A DNA stretch of 64,000 nucleotides, taken from positions 3,731,757 to 3,795,756 of the forward strand of contig MU054187.1 of assembly GCA_013239625.1 (NCBI GenBank). The letters run 5' to 3'. Positions 13,561 through 25,278 of the stretch are shown piece after piece (positions within the stretch are counted from its first letter, which is position 1; every line of letters begins with the position of its first letter). Source of the stretch: Lama guanicoe (Eukaryota). The notes under the pieces are model-generated. The model searched no databases. It was not told where the DNA came from and saw nothing but the letters and a program-made list of their open reading frames with translations. Made by a program: the position numbers and the translations under genes.

Positions 13561-14603
13561 TGGTCTTCAGTGTGTTTCTGGGACGTGGGGGAGCAGATCG
13601 CGGTAGGAGGGGTTGAGATACGGGTGAGGGGCCTCCGAGGACGCCCTGGATGCATCTCCCTGAGCAGGCTCGCTGCGAACGAGGAGAGCGGCAGAGGCAG
13701 AAGCAGCGCCTTTGAGGACACTGCTTTGGGGAACTGAGGGAGTTTATGCCTTGAGCTTCAATTTTCTTGGCGACGTAGGAAAGGGACTTACCTTTGGGAA
13801 GGTATGTGACGGGCTGTGGTGGTCTGGAAAAGAGAGGAGGTCTGAGGCCACCCTGGGGACAAGAAGGAGGAGCCCTGAGGGGTGACGGGTCTGCTTGGCT
13901 TTGGATGGAGGGCGAGTGGGAGTTCTTTGCTCCCTTTGTAAGTTACGACTCTGAAGACCCGTGTGGGGCCGACCAGGGAAGCCCCAGGCCTGGAGGACGA
14001 TGAGCTGAGCTAGCTTACCAGTCTCCTCCCGGATCCCCAATCTGCAGTGAGGGTACCCAGGGGCACGTGCACTCTGAGGCACGGACAGTGGACCTTTGTT
14101 GTTTCCACCCTGCGAATGGCCTCCCCAAGGCACGGGCAGTAGTCACTTGTGCTCTTGTTATTGGTTTGGTTTCCAGTTTGATAGTGAGCTAATGAACAAA
14201 AGGGGGTGGGGGATTCCAGGCCACAGGCTCTCCTCGAAGGCCCTGTCTTGGCCTGTCCACAGGCAGCAAAGGGGAACTGCTCAGCAGCGTGGACAAGGAG
14301 TGAGCTGGGGGCGCTTGGGTAATCCCCAAACAGGCGTTGAAGGAGCTTGGGTTTCTCTTCAGAGAACCGTTCTGCACGGGTATCTTGCCTATCAGCTTCT
14401 TTGGTGGCCCAAATGCTCAGTCACTTTCGTCTCAAGTGCCGACTCTCAGAGTTTACAGTTAGGTTTTATTCAAGCATCTCCGATTCACTCTCCTTCAAAG
14501 ATTCTAAGTGATTTCACTTGACAAACCGTGACCACCTCAGCATTAGGACACTGAGGAGTCTAAAGGTCACCCGTGGCCTGGATTTCCCTTCTGTTTTGGC
14601 ATC

Positions 14604-14978
14604 TGCGTGGACTGAATGTTTGTATTCCCCTAAATTCATGTGTTGAAGCCCTAACTCCCGGTGAGCTGGTATCTGGAGATGGAGCCCTGGGGAGGTAGTT
14701 AGGGTTAATTAGGCCACAACAGTGGGGCTTCAGGATAGGATTAGTGCCCTCAAAAGGAGGAGCAAGGTCTCCCTCTCGGAGGCCATGCAGAAAAGAAAGG
14801 CCATGTGAGGACACGGAGGACTGTCCGCAGCCAGGAGGAGAGCCCTCAGCAGAAACCGAATCCACCGGCTCCTTGGCCTCACACTTCCAGCCCCTCGAAC
14901 TGTGAGAAAATACCTTTCTGTTGTTTAAGCCACCCAGTCTGTGGTAATTTGTCATGGCAGCCCCAGCCGACTGATACA
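14604..14978 (+). mobile_element. MaLR MLT1A/B-type solo LTR with 5-bp TSD
   Basis: TG...CA termini, tggactgaatgtttgt start and gtttaagccacccagtctgtggtaatttgt end. GCATC duplicated at 14599-14603 and 14979-14983. Confidence 0.85.
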
Positions 14979-15773
14979 GCATCACAGTGTAAAATCCAAG
15001 CCAAAAAAATGAGTAAGTAAAATAGAAGCGAGAGAGAGCAAGTGAGCAAGCGAGCACGGTCACAGGTGTCCCCTGCCAGGCTCCTTCTAATTCCAAGAGT
15101 TCCTGTTCTTGAGCCGCATGCCGACCACCGGACGTGAGATGATGCTTCTCGGGGGCAGGGCGCTCGCCCCCGGGGACGGCCCTTATCCTCCAGCCTTCTG
15201 AGTCTTTGATGCTGGGCTCTTGATCATGGCCTCATTAGGATGAAATTTTGGATGGAAACTGGTAGGAAACCCAGGCTGGGGACACTTGCTCGCCAGCGGC
15301 ATCAGATCACCTCGTTATTTATGCAGAGCCCTCTGATTTACACGTGCTCTCTTCTCACATGAGCGTTCAAATAAATCTAAATTCATTTAGACACTTGTGG
15401 GGGTATTGTGAAACCACAGTTATATTTCAGGCCTTTGTAGTAGTCCAGGCAAGATGCACTCCAATTAGAAATAATTGCTGTTAATGCTGTTACGATGTGG
15501 AGGGTGCCTGCCTTGCCCCAGACCTTTGTTCTCCGAAATCCCCAGAGAGGCTCTTCTTTATTTGTTGACTAAATAGACAGGCCCCTGGAATACACGCTTT
15601 TGGAATTGCCATATAGGAGCAATATTGTGCCTCTCTCTCAATTAACCTTGTCAACCAAGGATTGGGAGCATGAGTTGGCTACTGTAAGAAGGACTTTGAT
15701 CCTCTGTGCACATCTACAGTGAAGTAAGATATGAAATAAAATGCCTTTTCTTCTTCGGAATATGCCAGATACC

Positions 15774-15779
15774 TTTATT
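15774..15779 (-). terminator. Candidate SDR16C5 polyadenylation signal (AATAAA)
   Basis: First canonical minus-strand AATAAA I found downstream of the stop, about 1.7 kb away and followed by U-rich sequence. Not verified. Confidence 0.3.
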
Positions 15780-16649
15780 ATTCTTGTTTAAAGAAATAAT
15801 GTGTGTGAAGTGAGCTGCCCCCCAGCCACAGTAAACATGAGCTCTCGTTTCATTATTGTAAAGCAAGTTCTTTTTTAAGGGTTTCTGAATGGAATGGAAA
15901 GGAAATACAAGGGCAGAGTTGTCAGAATTGTGCTGGCAGCTCAAGAGAATTCAGTCACTCAGAGTGGATTCTAGACTCTATGTTCCCTGAGACTGTCACC
16001 CCTCTAAGAGCATCTTACCCCCAGGATATTCAAACTCTCATTTCTTCCAAGGTCTTCTCATCCCTTCCTGTTCCCCACACAACAGAAGGTAAGAGATAAG
16101 AGCTGCCATTTCTCTTGCAAGACAGGTGACCCACCAGCCTGGGCAGGAGCACCAGGATTATGGTGACTAACATATTTTTCTTCATCTTGCTTTTATAGTT
16201 AATCTCCAAAGCATGAAAGCAGTTGGCCAGTTGATTAAACTTTAAGAATACAAGAGATCTGAAATGAAGGCAGCCCTGATGAATACAAATGGACAAAATT
16301 GTTCATTCTGTGAAAAAGAAAAACAAACCAACCAACCTCACAAGAATCCCAACTTGAAACACAAAGTTTAAGCACATGAAGTTAACCACATGAATATGCT
16401 TTCTGGATTGACTGGGAGCAGTTTATGTAACTCAGCAGAATGTCACTTTCTCTGAGGAAGAAGCAACCATTCTTGGGTCTCTTCTGGGGAAGGAATGTGA
16501 TCCTACGTAGGGTTTGGTCTAGGATCACTGCCTCCTTAGGTCATCCCGGGAATGTGCAGTCAGGCTTCCTGACACGGTGGCCCTGGTGTACCTTCAGCAG
16601 GCTTGGCACTTAGTCTGTGAGCACCCAGGGCTGTAGAAGTAAGTGTTTG

Positions 16650-16925
16650 TCCAGAAATAGACTCACGGACACAGAGAATAAACTATGGTTACCAAAGGGG
16701 AGAGAGAGAAATTAGGAGTTTGGGGATTAACAGATACACACTACTATATATAAAATAAACAACAAGGAACTACTGTACAGCATAGGAAATTATCTTCAAT
16801 TTCTTGTGATAACCTATAATGGAAAAGAATCTGAAAAAATACATGTGTATGTAAACGAGTAACTGAATCACTTGGCTGCACACCTGAAACTAACATTGTA
16901 AATCAACTACATTTCAAGGAAAAAT
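16650..16925 (+). mobile_element. Cetartiodactyl-type L1 3' end
   Basis: agaaatagactcac...tatggttaccaaagggga...cacctgaaactaacattgtaaatcaactac. Same family as 35055-35489. Confidence 0.8.
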
Positions 16926-17467
16926 AGAAATTATAAAAAAGCGTTCGTGTGGCTACTCTGTAAAAGGGACATGCGAGGCTGGCCTTTTCTACCCCAGTGC
17001 AGCACCGCGTCAACAAGGCCAGGGCTGCGAGCTCCGTGTCGTCTGGGGAGAGGGCTCTCCCGCTCAGCACTCACCCGCGCTTGTCGGCGCTCACCTCCAT
17101 TTCCCCATGCAGGCTCAAGCTCGGCCACCTGCCCCACTGCAGCCACCTCCCCGGTGACCAAAGCACAGAGCAGCTCACGAGAGAGGATTCTCGTTCCGCA
17201 TCTGACACAAGCAGGAATGATGAAAGTGGGATTCTTTTCAAATTAAAAAAAAAAAAGCACAACAGAAAAGCAGAGTGACATTATTTTCAAAGTTATTGGT
17301 TGAAGATTGGTTAAAGGTTTTCAAAGGCATTGGTTGAGTCCAGACAGCAGACTAAGAGTGGTGCTTGTAGTTTCCAGATACATTCTGTTGGGCAAAGGCA
17401 TTCTCCTCACTGAAACAGATGTTATGTCATGGTGGGTATCAGGGGACATCAGCCACAGAGCTGGGCT

Positions 17468-17561
17468 TCAGTCTTTCTTCTTTTGGCCAGTGAAGCTATC
17501 CATAAAATGAAGGACACGCAAATATTCGGCCAGAAGGATTCCCACCTTGATGGGCAAGAAA
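17468..17561 (-). CDS. SDR16C5: SDR16C5 last coding exon (FLPIKVGILLAEYLRVLHFMDSFTGQKKKD*)
   Basis: Acceptor gttctctttag|TTT; TGA stop at 17470-17468; 94 nt completes the 930-nt CDS. Confidence 0.93.
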
Positions 17562-18279
17562 CTAAAGAGAACACAAGAGTGAACGTTCTTGGTTATCATT
17601 CATTGAAGCATCTTTACCAGCTCTGCTGAAAAGCAGCGTCATCGATTGTCGCAGAAGAAGTCATTCACACACGCGCGCATGAATGTGCCTGCCTCATGGT
17701 CACTCGGGGCTCGTCCGCTACATGGGAAGACGCTGGCCCAGGGTCTCTGTATCCCTCCTTGCTTTATTTATGTCATTCGCTCGCTTCCCCTGTCAGTCTC
17801 CAAAGCGTCACTATTAGGACGCAGTGAAGTCTTGTGTAGTCGGAGAGCCTGGCTTGCGCCCTGGCTCTGTCCCTCACAATGCCATCCCCGGCAAGTCACT
17901 GAGCTCACGAGCCGCCCTTTCTTCCAGCGTCGAGTGAGGGCATCAGTCTTTCTTTCTGGGAGTACTGGGGGGATTTGATGCAGGAGTTCCTTAGACCTCT
18001 GGCAAGACCCAGCTAGGACTGGGTGTCCTCCCCTCCTCTAGGCAGAGCACTCTGACCCTGTCCACCCTGACATTCACCTTGCAGAGTGAGTGGAGGCACA
18101 GCAAACAAACCTGAGACTCGTCCTAGGAGTGGGGTCCCTCTGGGGACAGCCCAAGATCCCCATGGGGTCCTGCCCGCTCCAGCTTCAGGTCTCCAGTCAA
18201 CTGTTGCCTTCTCCATGAGACTCCACTGGGCACCACACTGACGACTGAATCTCGGTGCAGCGCTCCACCTCCCGCCCTG

Positions 18280-18520
18280 GGATTTCCTTCTCCTGCTTTG
18301 TATTTCCTTTAGATGTCGTCATAGCACTTACGACCTCCCAGAATGCCTTCCTTTCACTTTACTTTTTGTTTGTTCCCTCCACCAACCCCCCAAGAAGAGG
18401 ATTTTCATGAGAGCAGGGACTCTCGTCTCTTTGCTGTAACCCAAATCCCAGGGTGGCCAGCAGTGCCGGGCACACCCTGGGCCCTCGGGTGCTTGTGGAG
18501 TGAGTGTGTGAAGGACTGTG
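18280..18520 (+). mobile_element. L2 3' end fragment
   Basis: catgagagcagggactctcgtctctttgctgtaacccaa...cagtgccgggcacaccctgggccctcgg pattern. Confidence 0.5.
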
Positions 18521-18843
18521 TGGTGTGACTCCCCATCACTGAACGCCAGGTTTTCAGAGCCTTCTCAGGAACTCTGCAGATCTCTTTCAAATGGGCACAG
18601 AACTAACAGCCTACAAAGTAAATGTAACCTCTAAAATCATTCAAAAACATTGGAAAAAATTAAGTCCCATGTCCTTTACAATTGGAATTACAGTACCAAC
18701 TCCATTTTCTCACAGTAGCTATGCAAATTTGAGGGACCAAAATTCATTAACAGAAATGTTTTCAGTGGCTCTCCAATAGGATGTGGAGTCAAGTTTTGAC
18801 TGGATCGGCACATTACAGAAGCCATAGAAGCTGATACGGTTAC

Positions 18844-18969
18844 CTTTTTAGGAACACCATAAAGTATATAAACTTTGGCATATACAGGTACGTTTTTTCC
18901 TGCAGGATAGCGTCTACTATCTTCCTGACTGCATATTCTGGCTCCAGAATCGGTAACAGAAAAGGACAG
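18844..18969 (-). CDS. SDR16C5: SDR16C5 coding exon 5 ([41 protein letters not shown])
   Basis: Acceptor actccccag|CTG, donor AAG|gtaacc, 126 nt, frame consistent with neighbouring exons. Confidence 0.95.
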
Positions 18970-19626
18970 CTGGGGAGTCAAAAAGAAAACCCAAAGCAAG
19001 AAATTAATAAAAGCAGTTCTTACAAATTTGGATAAAACAGTTATAAGACGTTATCATTCATCTTCTTCTTTCCCTTCCAGATTTGGTTTATGTCTCTCCT
19101 TACTCCCTTATCATCAACGTGGTGAGTGATAACTAGAGTTTGCTATGGAACATGATGATTCTCACAAATACACTGATGTTACGCACATGTGTGAGACGGT
19201 GTTGGTCTAAATATCGTACAGCATGTCTTTGAAAAGTAACTGCCTGTCATCTCACGAGTGCAGACTGGGCATTTGTGCCCCTTTAATGATTTCAAGTCCT
19301 GTGGAATCGGGAATGAGGGCAGAATGGAGTCGGCTGGCTGAACGGGGCCGTGACGGGAGCGCCGAGGAGAGGGAGGAGCGGGCCTGGGCCTCGGGGTGGC
19401 TGTACTTGGATAAAGCCTTGAAAAACCATTCCCGTTGGACTCGACATCTTAGACACTGACACACTTGAGGAAAAACACAATTCTGAAACCATTCATTATA
19501 AATCAGGATGACTCCTGGAGAAAATATCTTTTTAAACAACTTTAAAAAACAGATAGAACCTATTAAAATACATGACCAATCATTAAAACAAAATATAGTT
19601 TCTTGGAAATCAAAGGACATGCTTAC

Positions 19627-19771
19627 CTACTAGTGCAACCTTCAAACATTCCAGTTTTTATAAAAAATGGGCATACAATAGTGGTTTTGATTCCATTTTG
19701 TTTCTGGGCAAGTGTTTCTAGAAATATAGATTCAGCAAATCCGAAGGCTGCAAATTTACTTGCACAATAAT
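19627..19771 (-). CDS. SDR16C5: SDR16C5 coding exon 4 ([15 protein letters not shown]...[15 protein letters not shown])
   Basis: Acceptor ccttttcag|AT, donor TAG|gtaagc, 145 nt, catalytic YxxxK. Confidence 0.96.
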
Positions 19772-20599
19772 CTGAAAAGGCAAACAATGTTAATGTATGG
19801 TGTGAAGTTTGTAGAAGGCATCACATTAACGTTTCCTCGTAACACGAGCAGCACCAGGGAATGGACAGCAGCGTCAGAGTGCTTGCTTGTGTGATCGTGG
19901 TCGGCTTCGCCCGGAAGAAGTGAGGAGTGAGAGAGAAGGACCGCCGCCATCTCTAGGTCAGTTGGCAACGACCAAGCAGACTCCAGGGGAAGCAGGCTGC
20001 AGGGGGCCTCCCGGGGGTCGCCCAGCTGGGCTTTATTCCCGCTAGTAAGCGGTCAGACGCCGTGCCAGCTGTGACATGGGTACAAGATGTGCGTCCAGTC
20101 CCTGACCCAAAGCACCGCAGCCCCACTGAGGCAGGAAGACTCACAAAGGAAGAGAGAAAATAGTAAGCGAAGTAGGAGTCCAGGCGGCGGAGAGCAGCAT
20201 AGGTCATGACAACGCGGGTCCGTTTTCTTCCAACTCTAATTCTTCCTCTTTCAGAAGGGAAACAGAGGACTCGGTACCGTCATCCTGAGCTGCTCAAGTA
20301 TATTGAAGTTCGAGGGAGTGGGAAGATTGAGCTTTCTGTCCTCAGTCACCCTCACTTCAAGTAAACACCTGAATACTCAGTTTGCTGCACAGAGACATCT
20401 GGAGGAAGGGCGTTCGGGCGGTCCTACGCTCTGCTTTGCCTCGCACGGTCAGAGGGGGCAAGAGCTGCACACTCCCTTGCTCTGTCAGGGAGCGGCCGCT
20501 ACAGCCAGCCAGGACTAGGCTGCAGGTGTCAGGGGTGGGGCTGGCCGGCGCCACCGCTGCCCAGGATGGTGGGTAAGGTGAGAGAGGAAGGGACGGGGA

Positions 20600-20765
20600 G
20601 CCGCTTCTAGGTCATCTGAGGCGTTCGGAGTAAGTGCAGCTCCCCGAGCTCCCGCACCTCTGAGAGTCGGATGAGCAGATATGGCCCAGGACCAGGGAAT
20701 CTGCATTCTAAGCAGCACCCGTGGTGGTTCTGAGGCAGGGGAGCCACCACCCACACTGTGGGGAC
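20600..20765. mobile_element. MER5-like hAT-Charlie MITE
   Basis: ccagggaatctgcattctaagcagcaccc...gtggttctgaggcag motif. Confidence 0.5.
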
Positions 20766-21762
20766 TCACAGGGCTTGCACTTGTTCCTCAGGGGAGCAGG
20801 GTGTGGGAGAATCTTGCATCTGAACATAGAGGTATTGCATCCAAAAAAACAACAAAAAGGATTAATAGGAGCAGCAAAGACACTTGCATTATTTCAAAGC
20901 CCTGTATTTCTCAGACCTGTAAGAGAGATAATAACACCTGATGAATTCTAAGAAGGACAGAGGAAGGGAAAAGCAGGGAGATGTGTGAAGACTGGTAGCA
21001 CCTGGGGTGACCTGTGCTTCTGGAAACCTGTCCGTGTGGCTGACACGTACCGTGCTAGGTCTAGTGTTGTGAATCTTGCTCCAGCTCCACTGCTCAGCTC
21101 CAACGTGCTAGGAAGTGTCCCACTGGCCAGCTGGGTTACAGTTAGGGTTCTGAGGGGTGGGCCTGAGCCCACACTCAGGACATTTGCCCCAGGGGAAGCC
21201 CTGGGGGGCAAGAACAAGACTTGCACCCCTCTGAGAGGGAGCTCCCGAGTGGGCCTCCTTCACCGAAGATCTCGGTGTATCTCTTTGTCCCCTCCCCACT
21301 GCTAATGTCAAGTCAGGTGCGAGAAAAGTGGAAGTGACAACCACTTCCTGTAGGTCTTCAATAGAAAGCAAAGAGGTTAACTGTAGGTTTCTTGAAGTGA
21401 AGACATTTCTCCAAACTCATGGCTAGCAGAGACTACTTAATGGGAACTTCATAAGGCGGAAGGGCCCCCCTTTTCACCCTGGTGACAGTGCTAGGTGAGT
21501 TTTGGAGATGGTGACCATGCTAATCTCTTGTGTAAGAAATTTATCAGTAGGGTCTCTCTCTCTTTCTTTTTTTAAACCCAGGGGGTTGCATAAGACCTCA
21601 TGACTCCAAAGTGCACAGCTCAACGTTGTGCAGGTATAGCTGATGGGCAGTTTTGCTGCACAGTGAATTTAGGGCAGCAAGTCCCTGCTGATTATTCAGA
21701 GCTATTAACCAAGTTACAGTCATAAAAAATTCTGCATTTGTGAAACACTACATTTCTCTTAC

Positions 21763-21862
21763 CTGCCAGTTGATTTATTCCAATTAATCCAGCTGAACTT
21801 GAAATGCAAACCAAGTGTCCATGGTCATTAGCAATCATAGCAGGTAGAAAGGCTTTATATGT
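21763..21862 (-). CDS. SDR16C5: SDR16C5 coding exon 3 ([33 protein letters not shown])
   Basis: Acceptor ctcttcttag|ACA, donor CAG|gtaaga, 100 nt. Translated by hand; too short for the ORF track. Confidence 0.95.
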
Positions 21863-24031
21863 CTAAGAAGAGCAAAGTGAAATGTTTGACATTTTATGCC
21901 ACGTTTTATTTTATTCTTTCAGATGTATGATTACTGTGATTGAAAAAAATTTTTAAGCTCAAAAAGTCCCCGAAAGCACTGGGATAGTAAAACTTAACAT
22001 CTGGAAAGTGACCGTCTTAACTTATTTAACCTGTTAAATTTCCTGATGGCAATTCCAATATTATTAAAAATGAGTTACTCAGACTTGTATTGTGCTCGTA
22101 TTTGCCTTTCAAAAACACAGTGTGAAGACAACAATCGAAGCAGTACAGGGAGGTCTTAGCTGTGGCAGTCGCAGTCGACAAACCAGCGAGAGCACTGAAG
22201 GATCTGATTATTTAGATTTACAGCGCCTTTTTCGCCCCTGGGCTTACATTTGAATTTCAAGTGTTCCTGAACACCGTTCACAGGTCATGCGGCTGTTGCT
22301 TTGGTTTAAAAGTATCACTTTGTTTTTAAACTCATCTTTACTTCTTTGAACAGCGGTTTCTTATTTTTATCTCATGTCATAAAAAAGAGTCTCTGTGAGC
22401 AGGACGCACACTGTGTCTCAGCACGTGGAACGCCGTCACCTTGCCTGTGGGACCCAGAGAAAGAAGGCACAAGCCGAATAAGCGTCGGGAGGTGTGCTGC
22501 GCAACAAAGAGATGATGAATCAGATCGGGATAGTTGCCTGTTTCTGTGAAGTAAGTGTATACTTCATGTTTTCAAATATGAATACTTGGGAGAAAAGGGA
22601 TCTCGTATAAAAGTCAAACCACCTTTGTCTGCATTGCAGTGAGTTTCAGAGGGAAAGTGATGTAGAGAGAAGTGGAAAATCAAACCCCAGCAAACAGCAG
22701 CGTGATGAATGGTGCTCTGGGCTCGGATGGTCCGTGATGAGTCACTTCGCTTCCCCGTGGGGACACGCCCCTTGCGAGCATGGTCACCATGAGCTCTCTG
22801 ACCCTTAGCAATTACATGCCTACTCTGTGTAGTCACTCAGAGGACGCATGCAAACGCGCTGGGAAAGGGTGCACAGGTGTGAGGGCGGGAGGGGGTGCCC
22901 GGGGCTGGGGAAACACGGCAGCTCAGGAACAACTAGCAGGGGAGAGAGAAGGAACAGAAAGCAGACACCATGACAGAGACGGGGACGAACAGGTGGATGA
23001 AGAGCACAGAGTGGAGACTCCTTGGAGATGACACCTTCATCTTCATCCTGACCGTGCCTTCTGACTTCATCCTCACTAAGTGGAGGGATGTTTGGAACAG
23101 GACAGCATCAACCATCTGCCGTTCTTGAAGGAACAGGGTGGCCACTTAGCTCTCTGAATCTTTCCATCTTTCTCCTGAAAACTATACAGAACACCGAGAA
23201 CACCGCCAGCACCATGGTGGTTCTGGGGAACCAGGGGACAGGAAACCTACACGCTCCGAATGGGATGTGAAGGCTGTCACAGGAGCGCTGGGCGGGAGAA
23301 CCTGTGGATGGTGTGGAGGGACGGAGAGGGGTGTCTCAGAAATGTCCAGCGAACACTCCCTCCCGGATGGAGAGAGCTGGCCCAGGGGAGGGCGAGCTGT
23401 GTGCAAGAGCCAGGAGAGGCAGGGCTGGGGCATGCACAGCTGGAGAGGCTGGCATGACTGGTCTCTGCAAAGGCCGGGAAAGTGCATCTTGGAAGCGGGC
23501 ACATGGCCTTGGAAGTGAGGATGGTGGCACGGAGTCACCAGGGCTGTCGGGGGAACTCTCCTTTCCCTTGTTAGGTTCTGAGTGAGGCGACCGTGAGTCT
23601 TGGTTTGTCCAGAACAGACCTGATTGATGCTTGTGAATCACTCCTCTCACTTCAAAAGCTTCCCAGCCTAGGCACATGGCAAGGTCACTTGATTCTCGAG
23701 CTGTCATCTTTAACTTCTGTGAGCCCTTACCTCACTGAGCTGTTGTAAGGGTTATTCATGAGGTGCCTGGGATGGACCCTGACACAGCCGGCCCTCGGCA
23801 TGTGGTTATGACGTGAGGACAGCTGTGTCTCTGTAGGACTCCCTGAGCAGACGCTCTGGGAGATACAGGTTGAGTTGGATCAGGAGAGGGCGGCTGGGTA
23901 GACTAGGACAAGTCTGAAACTGAGAAATCTGGGCTTTATTTACAGGCTAATACTATTACAAGAGAACAGGAGGAAGATGCTTCTAACACCAGAGTAACTT
24001 TGTATTTATGACGAGAAGGAAAAATAGTTAC

Positions 24032-24163
24032 CCATAAATGTGCTTTGAAATTCACATCAAAAGACTTTTCCATAAGCTCGTCTGGGCAGTCGAGGAACTT
24101 TCTGCCTGTTACGATTCCAGCATTGTTGATTAGGATGGAAACGTCACCAACTTCTTTCTTAAC
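24032..24163 (-). CDS. SDR16C5: SDR16C5 coding exon 2 ([16 protein letters not shown]...KAHLW)
   Basis: Acceptor aattcag|GTT, donor TGG|gtaact, 132 nt, NNAG motif. Confidence 0.96.
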
Positions 24164-24199
24164 CTGAATTGAATAGTAAGAGCAGAACCGTGAATGCAG

Positions 24200-24752
24200 C
24201 CCAGGCACGGCTCGGCTCCAGGCCACCCGCAGTGAAGTGAATATCGCAATAAAACGAGTCTCACAGCTTTTTTGGTTTCCCAGTGTGTATAAAAGTTACA
24301 TTTACACTACTGGAATTTGACACAACATTGTAAAATGATTATAAATCAATAAAAAATGTTTAAAAAAAGTTACATTTACACTATACTGTAGTCTATTAAG
24401 TGTGCAATAGCATATGTCTAAAAAATGTACATTCTTAATTAATTTTTTTTGATTAAAAAAATGCTAACCATCACCTGAGGCTTCAGTGAGTTGTGGTAGT
24501 AACAAAGACTGCTGATGAGAGATCCCTGTAACAAATATAACAGTATTGAAAAGATGTGAAATACTGTAAGAATTACCAAAATGTGACCCTGAGACACGAG
24601 GTGAGCAATGCCGTTGGAAAAATGGTTCCAATAGACTTGCTCAAGGTAGGGCTGCTACAAACCTTCAGTGTGTGAAAAACCTTCGAATTGTAAAGAACAC
24701 AGAATCTGTGACTTGCAATGAAGCAGAGCACAGTAAAACGAGGTTTGCCCAT
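24200..24752 (-). mobile_element. Internally deleted Tigger1-type DNA transposon
   Basis: gaatatcgcaataaaacgagtc...tttggtttcccagtg at the left end and cagtaaaacgaggtttgccc at the right end resemble the two Tigger1 termini. Confidence 0.8.
24310..24364 (+). mobile_element. About 55-bp L1 3'-terminal insertion with 19-bp TSD
   Basis: aaaagttacatttacacta duplicated at 24291-24309 and 24365-24383. Confidence 0.85.
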
Positions 24753-25260
24753 AATCCCTTCTGTGATCTGGGTTTACTTTCCCTTAGTTTTACGTGCTTC
24801 CAGGCCCTGTTAACCCAGAACGAGTTAAACACTCTCAAAACAAAGTGTGTTTTATTTCCTCTGCAGAGGCAATGGTGCACCAGAGACCCACGTCTGATGC
24901 CTTAATTCTCATTCCCCCACTTCTTGTGGCAGTCCCCACGCTGCAACGCTACTTTCCTTCTACTGGTGGAGCCAGTCTTGTGCTCAGCGATGAGCAACTT
25001 TGTCCTAGGCTCTGTGTCAGCAGCGCATCATTTGAATTACCGCGATGGGACCCCAGGTGTTACAGCCGTGCCATGTGAATCAAGACTCAGCACACGGAGT
25101 GAGTAGGGAGGGCGAGGAGGGTGTGTGATACTCCCACACGTGTTACAGACACACAGCACAGCTCCGAGCCCGTACGTCCTGTTTTCATCAGCTGACTGGT
25201 TCTCTTTTAGGCGTAAGATCTAGAGGCTCCGAGCAGGGCCAGTTACATCGCTAGGTCTCT

Positions 25261-25278
25261 GTGTGTGTGTGTGTGTGT
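25261..25278. repeat. (GT)9 microsatellite
   Basis: Direct reading. Confidence 0.85.

Noticed and set aside
14560..15096. 178-aa minus-strand ORF
   Set aside because: Mostly the antisense reading of the MLT1 LTR.
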